Below, piece after piece: positions 1-9,562 of a stretch of 64,000 nucleotides of DNA. This DNA comes from Candidatus Bathyarchaeota archaeon (GTDB lineage Archaea > Thermoproteota > Bathyarchaeia > Bathyarchaeales > Bathycorpusculaceae). The stretch spans positions 93,321 through 157,320 of the forward strand of contig JAOZHT010000004.1 in assembly GCA_026014735.1 (NCBI GenBank), given 5' to 3'. Below the pieces are notes generated by a model, which saw only the letters and a program-made list of their open reading frames with translations, was not told the DNA's origin and ran no database searches. Made by a program: the position numbers and the translations under genes. Each line of letters starts with the position of its first letter. Within the stretch, counting starts at the first letter, position 1.

Positions 1-792
1 AGTCACTCCGATTACCCGGCCAGCATCCGCTATGGAGGCTTCAACGATTACCGAGGAGGAGGACGCTTCAGCGGAAGAGTCACGGTTTCGCTGATTATGG
101 CAGGCGTAGTCGCTAAGAAACTGTTGGGCAGATACAACATCGACGTGCTCGCTTACACCCAAGCCATCGGCCCCGTCAAGAGCCACAAAGACTTCACACC
201 GGCAGAAATCCGGCGGAACCGCAACGCCGCAGCCACACGCTGCCCGGATTTGGATTGCGCTGAGAAAATGCAGCAAGCCATCATCGCGGCTAAGGAAGCA
301 GGAGACAGCCTTGGTGGAGTCGTCGAATGCATAGCGCTTAATATGCCCCCCGGAGTAGGGGAACCGCTGTTTGATGCGTTGGATGCGGATTTGGCGAAGG
401 CACTGTTCTGTGTACCCGCGGTGAAGGGCGTTGAGTTCGGCGCTGGCTTTCACGCCACGGAGATAAGGGGCTCCGAGAATAACGATGCTTTTTTGGTTAA
501 AGGCGGCAAAGTGGTGACAGCAACCGGGAACGCAGGCGGCATACTTGGCGGCTTATCCAGCGGCATGCCGATTGTGGTACGCGTAGCCATCAAACCCACA
601 CCCTCTATCAGTAAGGAGCAGAAAACAGTTGATTTGACTTCGATGCAAGACACCAGCATAAGCGTCAAGGGCAGACATGACCCCTGCGTAGTACCTAAAG
701 CGGTGCCAGCAGTTGAAGCCGCAGTCGCAGTCACCTTAACGGATCACCTGATACGTTCAGGCGATATCCCAAAAACCCTAAGGGAGCAATAA
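1..792 (+). CDS. aroC: Chorismate synthase (5' end outside window)
   Basis: Frame is open from base 1 (SHSDYPASIRYGGFNDYRGGGRFSGR). Motifs GDSLGGVVE, PAVKGVEFG, GGILGGLSSG, KPTPSI, GRHDPCV. Confidence 0.97.
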   Translation, partial: SHSDYPASIRYGGFNDYRGGGRFSGRVTVSLIMAGVVAKKLLGRYNIDVLAYTQAIGPVKSHKDFTPAEIRRNRNAAATRCPDLDCAEKMQQAIIAAKEAGDSLGGVVECIALNMPPGVGEPLFDALDADLAKALFCVPAVKGVEFGAGFHATEIRGSENNDAFLVKGGKVVTATGNAGGILGGLSSGMPIVVRVAIKPTPSISKEQKTVDLTSMQDTSISVKGRHDPCVVPKAVPAVEAAVAVTLTDHLIRSGDIPKTLREQ

Positions 793-795
793 AAA

Positions 796-1056
796 ATGAG
801 TGAAATAACAGATTTAAGAGAAAAAATCGATGCAGTCGACGACCAAATTCTACGAGATATCTTGTTGCGCGTGAAAATCTGCCGGGCCATCGGCGAATTG
901 AAGAAGCAACAGGGCAAACCAGTCCATGACATCCATCGGGAAACCGAGGTTTTCCAGCGTGTCCGCGAAAGAGCGGAGCTTCTAAAGCTTGACCCCGATA
1001 GAATTGAGCGCATTTACCACGAAATAGTTAATATGTGCAGCACCGTTCAACACTGA
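796..1056 (+). CDS. Chorismate mutase (AroQ type)
   Basis: LREKIDAVD..R...IGELK...D..RE pattern; 3 nt after aroC. Confidence 0.9.
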   Translation: MSEITDLREKIDAVDDQILRDILLRVKICRAIGELKKQQGKPVHDIHRETEVFQRVRERAELLKLDPDRIERIYHEIVNMCSTVQH

Positions 1057-1090
1057 AGAATCCATCGCTCTCAACGGAGAGTTAGTTCCT

Positions 1091-2170
1091 ATGCTCTATG
1101 AAATAAACGAGAAAGCCTTGAAACTTGAAAGTGAAGGAAAAAAGATAATTCGCTTAAACCTCGGCGACCCAGACATGGCTACGCCCCCTGAAATCGTGGA
1201 AGCAGCCTACGCATCGATGAAGGCAGGCAACACCAAATACTCTTCCTCATATGGCGAGCTGCGGCTGCGGCAGAAAATCGCCCAGGTACACGGCGTCAAA
1301 CCCGAAAACGTCGTCATCACCCCCGGCTCGAAATGGGCAATCTTCTCCACTATGTTTCTAATGTTGAAGGGCGGCGGCAACGTGATTATCCCTACTCCTT
1401 ACTGGACAGCCTACGACTTAATCGCCAAGAGCTTCGGCGCCAACGTCAAGTTGCTGCGCACCGAAATGGAGACCGGCTGGAAAGTTGACCTCGATAAGCT
1501 TGAGGGCTTAATCGACGGCGAAACAAAGATGATCATACTCAACAACCCCACTAACCCCACCAGCAAAGTCATGGATAGCCAGACCCTTGACGGCATCGTT
1601 GAAGTCGCAAACAGAAAAGGCGTAACCGTCCTCTCCGACGAAGTTTACGGCGCCATCGCGTTTAAGAAAACCAAAAGCATCCTTGACTACGGCACCGACA
1701 CATCCCACATCCTCTCTAACGGCTTTAGCAAAACCTTCACGATGACGGGATGGCGCGTCGGCTACATAGTCGCCAACAAAGCCTTCGTCGACAAAGTCAC
1801 CAAACTCAACCAAATCACCTTCAACAACGTACCCGTCTTCATCCAGGACGCGGCGCTCAAGGGCCTAGAGTTGCATGCGCAAATCGCCAGCGGCATCAAA
1901 GCCAAATACAAGCAACGCGCCGACCTTGCAAGCAGAAAACTTGGGGCTGCAGGCTTCGAATTCACCGAGCCAGAAGCACCCTTCTACGTGTTCCCCCGCA
2001 AGAAGGGACTGGACGGCACAAAATTCACTCTTGACCTCCTCGACAGCGGCGTCGCTGTGGCTCCCGGCTCAAGCTTCGGCGATTACCCTGAGCATTTCCG
2101 CATCAGCTTAACCGCGCCAAACGACCAAATCGAGGCTGGTTTAGATAAAATATGCGAGGCAGCCCAATGA
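1091..2170 (+). CDS. PLP-dependent class I/II aminotransferase, probably aromatic/aspartate
   Basis: LNNPTNPT, SDEVY, FSKTFTMTGWRVGY; inside the aro/tyr operon. Confidence 0.92.
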   Translation: MLYEINEKALKLESEGKKIIRLNLGDPDMATPPEIVEAAYASMKAGNTKYSSSYGELRLRQKIAQVHGVKPENVVITPGSKWAIFSTMFLMLKGGGNVIIPTPYWTAYDLIAKSFGANVKLLRTEMETGWKVDLDKLEGLIDGETKMIILNNPTNPTSKVMDSQTLDGIVEVANRKGVTVLSDEVYGAIAFKKTKSILDYGTDTSHILSNGFSKTFTMTGWRVGYIVANKAFVDKVTKLNQITFNNVPVFIQDAALKGLELHAQIASGIKAKYKQRADLASRKLGAAGFEFTEPEAPFYVFPRKKGLDGTKFTLDLLDSGVAVAPGSSFGDYPEHFRISLTAPNDQIEAGLDKICEAAQ

Positions 2171-3039
2171 GAACCGCGGTGCTTGGCGCGGGAAAAATGG
2201 GTGTTTGGTTCGCGAAGTGGTGTAGGGACAACGGCGACGTAGTTGTGGTTGCCGACCGAAAACCAGAGAAGCTGGCAAAGCTGAAAGACGAGTTGGGCGT
2301 CGAAGTTGCCGATTTCCCAGCCGCAGTTAAGGGCGCTGACCGAGTCCTCATCTGCGTATCCATCTCTTCTTTTGAGGAAATCGTCAAGAAAATCGCGTCG
2401 TCCATTCATAGGGGGCAGCCAGTTATGGATATCTGCTCCATCAAAGAATACCCCGTGGAAATAATGCACCGCTACCTCAAGGATGCCCTGGTGCTTGGGA
2501 CACACCCCGTTTTTGGCCCCGGCAGCAGCGGCGTAGCCCACAAAGCCTTCGTGCTTACCCCGACAGGTCCCCAAGAAGAAGCCTACGCTGAGGAATTTAA
2601 GAGGTGGCTGGAGAAACAGCAAGCCCACGTCTTTGTTATGCCCCCCAAAAAGCATGATGAATTAATGGCGGTTGTTTTGGGGTTCCCGCATTTTTTGGGG
2701 TTAGCTGCCTGCGAAACCCTCCTTGAGCAGCCCGCCTACGGGGAATCCAAGCAGCTTGCAGGCACCACTTACCGCATGCTCTTCACTTTGGCGGAGGCCA
2801 CAGCGCTGGAGACTCCGGATCTCTACGCTAATATCCAGACTAAGCTTGCGGGAGTGGATAAAATCGAGGAGCGCTTCATCGCCAACGCCGAGGGGTGGCT
2901 TGAGCTTATGAAAAAGAAGGATTCCGCCGCCATAATCGAGCGCATGGGCAAGCTCCGAGCTAAACTCGAGAAAGCCGACGGTGACTACGGTAAAAGTTAT
3001 GAAGTTATGTATAAGATGCTTCAATCAACTGAGGAATAA
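2167..3039 (+). CDS. tyrA: Prephenate/arogenate dehydrogenase
   Basis: GAGKMG Rossmann motif, DICSIK, THPVFGP, HDELMA. ATGA overlap with the upstream stop. Confidence 0.93.
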   Translation: MRTAVLGAGKMGVWFAKWCRDNGDVVVVADRKPEKLAKLKDELGVEVADFPAAVKGADRVLICVSISSFEEIVKKIASSIHRGQPVMDICSIKEYPVEIMHRYLKDALVLGTHPVFGPGSSGVAHKAFVLTPTGPQEEAYAEEFKRWLEKQQAHVFVMPPKKHDELMAVVLGFPHFLGLAACETLLEQPAYGESKQLAGTTYRMLFTLAEATALETPDLYANIQTKLAGVDKIEERFIANAEGWLELMKKKDSAAIIERMGKLRAKLEKADGDYGKSYEVMYKMLQSTEE

Positions 3040-3041
3040 AC

Positions 3042-3674
3042 ATGACTAAAACCCTGCTTGTAAACTGCTACCTTGACGGCAACAAAATCAACCCCTTAGC
3101 CGACGCCCTAAACAAGTTCACTGTCTGCAAAATCGTGCCCTACACCAAAATCGAGAAGGACTACCAAGTCGGCGTTGACATGGCAGCGGTGGTTATCAGC
3201 GGCTCAGAAGCCCGAATCACAAACCCCAAGGATAAAGCCAAATTCGACGGTGTAGAGGCCCTTATTGAGGGCTGCGAGGTGCCGCTGCTTGGCATCTGCT
3301 TTGGCCACCAGCTAATGTGCCGCACGTTTGGGGCGCAAACCGCCACGTTGCCCCAGCCAGTTCTTGACCGCTTCGAGCAAGTCAACATCGTCCAGACAGG
3401 CGATATCTTATCGAGGTTCCGCAGAGGCCAAAGCGTTCCCCTCGCCGAGTACCATAACGACTACGTCGTCAAAAGCAGCCTGGATGATGCAGGGCTAAAT
3501 TTGATTGCGGATTCCCATAGCTGCGAAGTCGAAGCCGTCAAACACAAAGGCAAGCTGTTCTTCGGCGTTCAGTTCCACCCCGAACGCATCGCAATCGGAA
3601 ACGAAACGCATCCTGAGGGGCACCGAATTCTTGACAACTTTTACGCCAACAACGTCAAGCGCCTAGGCATCTAA
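3042..3674 (+). CDS. Stand-alone class I glutamine amidotransferase
   Basis: GICFGHQ nucleophile elbow and QFHPE triad motif. Confidence 0.85.
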   Translation: MTKTLLVNCYLDGNKINPLADALNKFTVCKIVPYTKIEKDYQVGVDMAAVVISGSEARITNPKDKAKFDGVEALIEGCEVPLLGICFGHQLMCRTFGAQTATLPQPVLDRFEQVNIVQTGDILSRFRRGQSVPLAEYHNDYVVKSSLDDAGLNLIADSHSCEVEAVKHKGKLFFGVQFHPERIAIGNETHPEGHRILDNFYANNVKRLGI

Positions 3675-4115
3675 CCTGCCCCCACTGTTTAGCAGTACCT
3701 CAAAATCTCCTGCCTTAAGTGATGATTGCTTTTTCTATAGTTGCTGTGGGGACCCCCCCTTTACACAACAACAACCTGCGGGTTTGGCTTGCGGTTGCTT
3801 TTTTGTTTCTACGTTTGCATTGGGTTGCCTGCTGGTTGTGGCGTTTTCCACAAGCAGAACCGCGAAATCCCTGAGTTACTGTTAGAGCGGGCTAAGCCGC
3901 CAAAACTCTCAAGATGAGGGAGCCGGTCAGCTGCCCGGCGCCAGCCAGCGATGGAAAGCCCCGCCAGTTTATAAGCAAACCATTTGATTAATTTTTTAAG
4001 CCATATTTTTTTGATAGTTGATCCCACATTAGCAGGTTTGCTTTCGAACTTGTCTCATTGATGCTGGCGGTTTATGCGTAATATCTAATTACCACCACGC
4101 CAGAGCATAACTAAC

Positions 4116-4571
4116 ATGTCCGAAACTGAAACCTGCGCGCGATGCGGCAAAACACTCGAATGGCACGAGCGGAAGATGGTGTTCTGGAACAAGCACCTCA
4201 AAAAAGGCTACATACGCTGGTACGTCATCGGCTCGCGTGAATGGGGGAGCCGCAAGGATTTTCCTCAGTACATGGGCAAGAAGCTCTGTCAGGTCTGCGC
4301 GCATGAAGTGTTCACGGGCGAAAACTACACATCTGCAGAACCCCAGCAGGAACCACAGGCTTCGCTGCCCTCCGACGAATCCATAGCGGATTTTACTGCG
4401 CTTTGGGCTTTGCTTGATAAGCAAGAAGTGGTGGGGTCGGCGTTTAAATGCCCCAAATGCAGCGGCATGCTTGAAATCCCCAAGAAAGGCAAGCTGCTCA
4501 TCTGCAGTCACTGCGGCGAACCCATCAAACCCGCGGACATATACGAAAAAATCAAGCCCCTCCTGGAATAG
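4116..4571 (+). CDS. Hypothetical double zinc-ribbon protein
   Basis: Four CxxC pairs: CARC, CQVC, CPKC, CSHC. Confidence 0.75.
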   Translation: MSETETCARCGKTLEWHERKMVFWNKHLKKGYIRWYVIGSREWGSRKDFPQYMGKKLCQVCAHEVFTGENYTSAEPQQEPQASLPSDESIADFTALWALLDKQEVVGSAFKCPKCSGMLEIPKKGKLLICSHCGEPIKPADIYEKIKPLLE

Positions 4572-4656
4572 TAGATCAAAATTGTTTGTTTTGCAATTTT
4601 GTCCTATTAAATGTGCAACTGCTTTCTTCTATAAAATTGAACTGGTTTAGGAATTT

Positions 4657-5127
4657 TTATATTAAACTCAGAAACTGCTCTCTGTAGCATCGAATTTTCT
4701 CGCTATTCATCTTTGCTATAAAATCAAAAAGGCACCTGTTATAGTCTTCCGCGGTCTCTATCACGTATTGGGCGTCATCTCTTGTTATGTTGAAATCAAC
4801 GTAGTATTGCTTGTCAATTCTCTCTTTTCTCACAAACGAAATATCCCTGTCCTCTAAGTCAAAGACCGATTTTAACAGCAATATTGCTGCGGTGTGGTTT
4901 TCGCATTTTATACCGACTTGAAACAGTAGTGCAGTCAGCATGTTATACATACTGTAGTAGGCTAAACCGACTGCTTCTTCCAACCGCTGGTTATCCAACA
5001 GAATCTTTGCGGAGATAAGATTACTCTCCGATTTTGACAGATATGACTCTTTAATGGCGTCACTTGGTGAGACAAGCTGCAACTTGCCTTCTTTGTGGAG
5101 CTTAGTCAAAAAACCGATTTTTTTCAT
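4657..5127 (-). CDS. HEPN domain protein (MNT-HEPN toxin-antitoxin partner)
   Basis: AYYSMY, CENH, RIDKQYY are typical of archaeal HEPN; overlaps the MNT gene. Confidence 0.85.
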   Translation of the reverse strand: MKKIGFLTKLHKEGKLQLVSPSDAIKESYLSKSESNLISAKILLDNQRLEEAVGLAYYSMYNMLTALLFQVGIKCENHTAAILLLKSVFDLEDRDISFVRKERIDKQYYVDFNITRDDAQYVIETAEDYNRCLFDFIAKMNSEKIRCYREQFLSLI

Positions 5128-5659
5128 AGAACTTTTCGACGCCCTTTAGCACAACATGGCTTTTTTCAATCTCCCTAATCAATGCTGACTCTTTTTGGTA
5201 GGTGCCTATTTTTAAGCTTAACCTAGAATCAGTCCTCGCCAACTCATCTCTTAGAGCCTTGTCTTGGGTTTCTATGAAAATATCAATGTCGCTTCCTTTG
5301 TCGGCAGTGTACTTTGCGTATGACCCGAAAATAACCGCTAACTGGACTCTTTGGTCATTTTCAAGTTTCTCGATGATTGCCCTTAGCGATGGATACTTCT
5401 CTATGGTTTGTAGCTTTTTGTAGTATTCAGCCATATGCACATGGCACTTTGCCTCTACGGTTTTTTTTAGGAAGTATGTTTTGTTTTTTCCTTCTTGGAG
5501 AAAGTCGACTACGTTTGAGTCAAGTAGCTCGCGCATTTTTCGTACTATGATCATGTGGTTTGTGCCCAGTTTGTTGGCGATCGCGCGTATGTGGTTTTTT
5601 TCTTGGAGGAGGGTGAGTACTATCTCGAATTTGTAATCTTTTTGTTCCATATGTAACAT
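5102..5659 (-). CDS. HTH-fused minimal nucleotidyltransferase (MNT antitoxin)
   Basis: N-terminal wHTH-like segment (HIRAIANKLGTNH); FGSYAK..SDIDI (GS-x-DxD). Confidence 0.88.
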   Translation of the reverse strand: MLHMEQKDYKFEIVLTLLQEKNHIRAIANKLGTNHMIIVRKMRELLDSNVVDFLQEGKNKTYFLKKTVEAKCHVHMAEYYKKLQTIEKYPSLRAIIEKLENDQRVQLAVIFGSYAKYTADKGSDIDIFIETQDKALRDELARTDSRLSLKIGTYQKESALIREIEKSHVVLKGVEKFYEKNRFFD

Positions 5660-5669
5660 TTATGTTACA
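5652..5669. promoter_or_regulatory. Inverted repeat, putative autoregulatory operator of MNT-HEPN
   Basis: TGTAACAT-TT-ATGTTACA, perfect 8-bp arms overlapping the first ATG. Confidence 0.7.
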
Positions 5670-5693
5670 ATACAATTTAAGGTTACCTATAAA

Positions 5694-6506
5694 CTAGATA
5701 ACGCGAGGGTAAGAGCCAAGAATTTTCACAAACGTCGCATATTTCTCCAGCGCCGATAGCGCCTCAGCGCAGCGCTTCTCGGTTCGGTGCCCCTCGAAGT
5801 CAAGGTAAAAGTTGTATTGCCACGCGGTGGTTTTGGTGGGGCGCGATTCGATGCGGCTAAGGTTAATGTTTCGGGACGCAAACTCGCCCAGTGCATGGTA
5901 GAGGGTTCCGGGTTCATGCTTAGCACTGAAGATGATGCTGGTTTTGTCGTCTCCTGTGGGAGCTGCGTCTTCGGTTCCCAGCACAAGAAAGCGGGTGTAG
6001 TTGCTGGGGTTGTCGGCGATGTCGCGGGCGAGGATTTTCATGCCGTAGAGGTCCGCGGCTTTCTCCGATGCGATGGCTGCAGCGTCGGTTAAGTGGTCTT
6101 CCTTGATGATTTTAACTGCGCCTGCGGTGTCGTAGGCGGGGATAACTTGCCACTGCTGCTTTTCGAGGTAGCGGCGGCACTGCGCCAGCGCCTGCGGATG
6201 CGAATAAACGGTTTTTACGGCGTCAAGCCTGGTGTCGGGGTTACCGATGAGGACATGGGCAAGCTTCACGGCGACTTCCCCGCAGACTTTAAGGTCGTAG
6301 GCGAGGAAGAGATCGTAGTTCTGGTTGACGCTGCCCTCAATGGAGTTCTCGATAGGCACCACGCCATGCGGCACGGAGCCTGACTTGACAGATTCAAAGA
6401 CATCCCGAAAGTCCCTGCAGGGCACAGGCTCGGTTTTGGCGCCGAAGAACTTGTAAACCGCCATCTCGCTGTAAGCGCCGCTTTCGCCCTGATAGGTTAC
6501 CTTCAT
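5694..6506 (-). CDS. pheA: Prephenate dehydratase
   Basis: QGESGAYSE, PIENSIEG, SHPQALAQC, NYTRF, ACT domain with IESRP. Confidence 0.97.
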   Translation of the reverse strand: MKVTYQGESGAYSEMAVYKFFGAKTEPVPCRDFRDVFESVKSGSVPHGVVPIENSIEGSVNQNYDLFLAYDLKVCGEVAVKLAHVLIGNPDTRLDAVKTVYSHPQALAQCRRYLEKQQWQVIPAYDTAGAVKIIKEDHLTDAAAIASEKAADLYGMKILARDIADNPSNYTRFLVLGTEDAAPTGDDKTSIIFSAKHEPGTLYHALGEFASRNINLSRIESRPTKTTAWQYNFYLDFEGHRTEKRCAEALSALEKYATFVKILGSYPRVI

Positions 6507-8020
6507 TGCTTCTTAACCTGACTACGATTCTTAAGTAGGCACTTGTTTATACCGTTTATCATTGCTTCAACCGACGCCATAACGATGTCTTCTCTGGCGG
6601 CGCGTGCAGATACGATGTTGCCTTTTTCGTCCTCGACTTTTATGATGACTTCTGCAACTGCGTTGGAGCCGCCGGTGATGGCTTCCAAGCGGTATTCGCT
6701 GAGTCGGATCTTCTCGAGGTTGCTGGTTAACTTCTGGATGGCTTTGAGCACTGCATCGACGGGGCCAACGCCGGTTTCTGCGGCAACATATTCCTTTCCG
6801 TCCAGCATCAACCGCACCGAAGCCGTCGGGATAACTTTTATGCCCGTGACAACAGCCATATCGCAGAGGTCCACGATTCTCTTTTCCCCACCCACTTCAC
6901 CCATAACCGCCGAAGTTAACGCGATGAGGTCGGCGTCGGTCACCATTTTGCCTTTGTCACCCAGTTCCTTGACGCGCTTAACGATTTCGGCAAGCTGTTC
7001 CCCGCTGGGGTTGATGCCGATTTCCGCTAGCTCCGCCTGGATGCCGCGTGTCCCCGCCAGTTTGCCCGCGACGAGTTTGCGGGTTCTGCCGACGAGTTCA
7101 GGGCTGATGGGTTCAAAGGTGAGGGGCTGCTCGGTTACGCCTCGGGTGTGGATGCCAGATTCGTGGGCGAATGCGTTTTCGCCGACTATGGCTTTGTTAA
7201 CCTGCACGTTTATGCCTGTCAACGAGGAAACCATGCGGCTGGTGCTGTAGAGCAACCTTGTGTTCACGTTGGTTTTGTAGTTGTAGACCACATGCAGGGT
7301 GGTGACGATTTCTTCCAGCGCCGCGTTGCCTGCGCGTTCGCCAAGTCCGTTGACTGCTGTGTGGATTTGATCGGCTCCTGCTTCAACTGCTGCCAGACTG
7401 TTGGCTGTTGCTAAGCCGAAGTCGTTGTGGCAGTGAGCGCTGACTGGAACCTTGATGTAGCTCTTTAGCTCCTTGAAGAACTCAAAAGTTGTTTTGGGGA
7501 TCATGCAGCCGACTGTGTCTGGCGTGTTTAGGCTGTCCATTCCTGCATCCTGTGCGGCTAAACAGATTTGGCGCAGAAAAGGCTTTTCGGTGCGTGTAGC
7601 GTCCATGGGTGAAAATTCGCATTTCACCCCATGCTTCTTGACGTATTCGATTGAGTCTACGGCGGCTGCTTGAACCTGCTCAGGCGTCATGTTGACGGCG
7701 TGCTTCATCTGAACAGGCGAGGTGGGTATGAACACGTGAATCAGGTCAACGTCACATCCTAACGCCGCGTCGATGTCTTTTCTTGTGCATCGGGATAGCG
7801 CGCAGATTTTCGAGGTTAAACCCAGCTTTGCGATTTCTTTGACGACTTTGCGTTCGCCCTCTGAGCTGCTGGGGAAACCTGCCTCGATTATGTCGACGCC
7901 CAACAGGCTGAGCTGGCGAGCGATTTCGATTTTGTCTTCAGAAGTTAAAGAAACACCGGGGGTTTGTTCCCCGTCTCGTAGTGTGGTATCCAATATGCGG
8001 ATAGTTCGGTTTTCAGTCAT
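6503..8020 (-). CDS. leuA: 2-isopropylmalate synthase (LeuA/CimA family)
   Basis: DTTLRDGEQ, HCHNDFG, GLGERAGNA, HESGIH, C-terminal regulatory domain GVGPVDA. CimA specificity is not excluded. Confidence 0.88.
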   Translation of the reverse strand: MTENRTIRILDTTLRDGEQTPGVSLTSEDKIEIARQLSLLGVDIIEAGFPSSSEGERKVVKEIAKLGLTSKICALSRCTRKDIDAALGCDVDLIHVFIPTSPVQMKHAVNMTPEQVQAAAVDSIEYVKKHGVKCEFSPMDATRTEKPFLRQICLAAQDAGMDSLNTPDTVGCMIPKTTFEFFKELKSYIKVPVSAHCHNDFGLATANSLAAVEAGADQIHTAVNGLGERAGNAALEEIVTTLHVVYNYKTNVNTRLLYSTSRMVSSLTGINVQVNKAIVGENAFAHESGIHTRGVTEQPLTFEPISPELVGRTRKLVAGKLAGTRGIQAELAEIGINPSGEQLAEIVKRVKELGDKGKMVTDADLIALTSAVMGEVGGEKRIVDLCDMAVVTGIKVIPTASVRLMLDGKEYVAAETGVGPVDAVLKAIQKLTSNLEKIRLSEYRLEAITGGSNAVAEVIIKVEDEKGNIVSARAAREDIVMASVEAMINGINKCLLKNRSQVKKQ

Positions 8021-8030
8021 AGCGACACGA

Positions 8031-9065
8031 CTATTTGCCTGCAGGCATAGCTGCGGCTATAGCCTCGGCCATTCCCACGGTCGTGGCTTTTCCGCCTAAG
8101 TCTGAAACGCCCTGACGGTTTTCCAGCACATAGACTACGCCCTGTTCTATGGCGGAGGCTGCTTTAATGCATTTTTGGTCCTGGTACTTCTCGCCTAGCC
8201 AATCCAGCATCAGCTTTGCCGAAAGCACCATGGAAAGCGGGTTGGCGGTGTGTTTGCCTGCGCGGTTAGGGGCGCTGCCGTGGATGGGTTCGAATAAGCC
8301 GAAGTTGTCGCCTACGTTTGCGCCTGGAGCCATGCCTAAGCCGCCGACAAGTTGTGCAGCTTCATCGCTGAGGATGTCGCCGAACATGTTGCATGTGCAG
8401 AGCACATCGAAGCTTTCGGGTTCTTTGATGAGGCGCATCGACGCTGCGTCTACGTAAAGTTCGTTAAATGCGATGTCTGGGTAGCCTTTGGCGACTTCGC
8501 GGCATACATCACGGAACAGGCCGTCGGTGACACGCATAACATTGGCTTTGTGTATAGCAGTGACTTTCTTTTTGCCGTTGCGTAGCCTTGCAATCTCGAA
8601 GGCTTTCTTGGCAATGCGGGTGCTGTTCTGCCGCGTGATAACGCGTAGACACAGGGTGGTATCGTTGCCGATGGTGAATTCTAAGCCCTTATAGACGTCT
8701 TCGGTGTTTTCGCGTACAAACATCATGTCGATGTTTGGTCGTGCAGCCTCAACTGCAGGGTAAGTTTTGATTGGACGCAGGTTAGCATAGAGGTCAAAGA
8801 TGTAGCGGAGCTTAACGATAACGTCTGCGGCGGATTCGCCCACTGGGCCCTTCATGCAGGCGTGGCTGCCCTTGATGGTTTCCACGGTCGCTGCAGGAAG
8901 TGCGGCGCCGAGTGTTTCAAGGGCGATGTCGCCTGCTGGGCACTCCAATATTTTGAATTTTAAACCAAACTTTTTCTCAGATGCCTGTAGCACTTTCAGC
9001 GTGGCTTCGGATAGTTCAGGACCGATGCCGTCGCCGGGAATTAAGGATATTTTGTATTCGGTCAT
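8031..9065 (-). CDS. leuB: 3-isopropylmalate dehydrogenase
   Basis: GDGIGPE, RENTED, NMFGDILSD, EPIHGSAP; leu operon context. Confidence 0.92.
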   Translation of the reverse strand: MTEYKISLIPGDGIGPELSEATLKVLQASEKKFGLKFKILECPAGDIALETLGAALPAATVETIKGSHACMKGPVGESAADVIVKLRYIFDLYANLRPIKTYPAVEAARPNIDMMFVRENTEDVYKGLEFTIGNDTTLCLRVITRQNSTRIAKKAFEIARLRNGKKKVTAIHKANVMRVTDGLFRDVCREVAKGYPDIAFNELYVDAASMRLIKEPESFDVLCTCNMFGDILSDEAAQLVGGLGMAPGANVGDNFGLFEPIHGSAPNRAGKHTANPLSMVLSAKLMLDWLGEKYQDQKCIKAASAIEQGVVYVLENRQGVSDLGGKATTVGMAEAIAAAMPAGK

Positions 9066-9562
9066 TTCTTCATTCTCCGTCGTAAATTCTCGATTAATCC
9101 GCCGTCCGCCAAGATTTCTAAGATGAAAGGCGGTAGTTTCTCGAACTGGAACTTTTTGCCGTTAGACAGGTTCTCTATCTTTCCAGCTTCAAAGTCCACG
9201 GCTAACGAATCGCCAGTCTTAACCGCACCTGATATGCCTTTGCATTCAATTACCGGCAAACCAATGTTGATTGCGTTGCGGAAGAAGATGCGCGCGAAGG
9301 ATTCTGCGATAACGCATTTTACGCCGCTGTACTTGAGCGCTAGTGGTGCCTGCTCTCTGCTGGAGCCGCAGCCGAAGTTTTTGCCGCCGACTAGGATAAC
9401 GCCCTCTTTGGCTTTATCCACAAAAGTGGTGTCTAAGCCTTCCAGTGCATGCTTGGCTAGGTCATAGGGGTCAACTAGGATTAGGTATTTGCCGGGCAAG
9501 ATGACGTCGGTGTCGATGTTGTTGCCGAAGACTACGGCTTTAGCTTGGATTTTGCTTTCCAT
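9062..9562 (-). CDS. leuD: 3-isopropylmalate dehydratase small subunit
   Basis: NIDTDVI, NFGCGSSREQA, SFARIFFRN. Confidence 0.96.
   Translation of the reverse strand: MESKIQAKAVVFGNNIDTDVILPGKYLILVDPYDLAKHALEGLDTTFVDKAKEGVILVGGKNFGCGSSREQAPLALKYSGVKCVIAESFARIFFRNAINIGLPVIECKGISGAVKTGDSLAVDFEAGKIENLSNGKKFQFEKLPPFILEILADGGLIENLRRRMKK

Noticed and set aside
3719..3875. GTGATGA and a later CTGA as a C/D box sRNA
   Set aside because: The boxes are about 150 nt apart with no internal C'/D' pair; archaeal C/D guides are about 50-70 nt.
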